Of a stretch of DNA of 64,000 nt, positions 63,246 to 64,000 are shown piece by piece. A program made the translations under genes and the position numbers. Each line of letters starts with the position of its first letter. Position 1 is the stretch's first letter. Origin of the DNA: Vicugna vicugna (lineage: Eukaryota). The DNA lies in the NCBI GenBank assembly GCA_013265495.1, contig MU058824.1, positions 1,887,111 through 1,951,110 on the forward strand, written 5' to 3'. The notes below the pieces were generated by a model. That model was not told the origin of the DNA. It saw nothing but the letters and a program-made list of their open reading frames with translations, and searched no databases.

Positions 63246-64000
63246 CTGTCTATTTCTGTAAGACTTCCTACATCCTTTCTGGGATCAGATGGGCATTAAT
63301 TAGGCAGTCAGTCCCTGCGTTCTGTGCTGCCTCCTGTAGCTCTGGCAAATACAGCCAGCGTTTTGGGCAAAGGTCCTAAAAGGCAAGTTGAAATACCTGA
63401 GCTTCACAGGATAGACCCGCCCCGACAAGGCTGATGGGCCACCTGGTAGGGTATAAAGGGCTTGGCTCAAGGATCGGGCCCCTGCTCTCCATGATCTCCC
63501 AAGGTCAGCAGCCTAATCTTGTGCCTTTGAACTGAGCCCAGAGAAGAGCCTCAGGCCGCCAAGCAGGCTGGGTCAGTGCCTTCTTTGTCCTGACCTCATG
63601 GATGCCCGGCCAAACATGCCTTCCCCTGGGAAATGCCTGGGGGCCTGGCGTAGGCAAAGCACTGTGCCAGGCATTCCTGGGGTAGCCCCAGGCCTTTCTC
63701 TGACATATGTGCAATCTGGTAGAGGAGACCTGACACCAAACTGCAAATCAGGAAAGACAGTGTCAAGGACCAAAAGTCAAGGAGGAGAGACAGAGGAGAG
63801 CAAGAGATCCGCTACTCCAGGTCAGCGCTGGAGGAGGGCGCCTGGGAGCTGGGGAAGGGGAGGATTTGGACTTGTAGAGATGGGTATGGGCAATAGGGGG
63901 CTGGAAAGAGCAAGCTAAGCAGAGGGAAAGGCAAGGGTGAGGGCCCAGAGGACTGCAAATGCAGGAGCAGGTGCAAGGGAAGCTGGGTGGTGGTCTTTGT

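Noticed and set aside
38367..64000. CORO2A coding exons or another protein-coding gene
   Set aside because: No coronin N-terminal (SKFRHV-type) or WD40 peptide in the ORF track or by eye; the region reads as intron
1..64000. CRISPR arrays, operons, rRNA or other prokaryote-type systems
   Set aside because: The sequence is mammalian, with spliceosomal introns and eutherian repeats; no regularly spaced repeat arrays seen

Overview
Mammalian genomic DNA, very probably from a camelid: there are two tRNA-Ala-derived Vic-1-like SINEs with target-site duplications, and I saw no Alu, BovB/Bov-A2, PRE-1 or SINEC. The first half holds the last 10 coding exons of TBC1D2 (Armus/PARIS-1, a Rab GAP) on the + strand, from 1659 to the stop at 33624. 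All introns are GT-AG with consistent phases, the exons encode 707 codons of C-terminal protein, and both TBC catalytic fingers are intact. A CpG-island promoter and a non-coding first exon (donor after 38366) follow about 4.5 kb downstream. By conserved gene order this is most likely the 5' end of CORO2A; no CORO2A coding exon was found, so the rest of the window is probably its first intron. The remainder is ordinary eutherian repeat content (L1, L2, MIR, MLT1, hAT and Tc1/mariner MITEs, one solo ERV LTR). I found no convincing novel biological system. The best leads are modest: no canonical poly(A) signal after TBC1D2, four copies of an MRE/NRF1-like 10-mer in the CpG island, a helically phased homeodomain-site cluster near 49.7 kb, candidate internal or alternative promoters, and a three-layer nested transposon. 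Repeat family names and human comparisons are from memory, not database searches.
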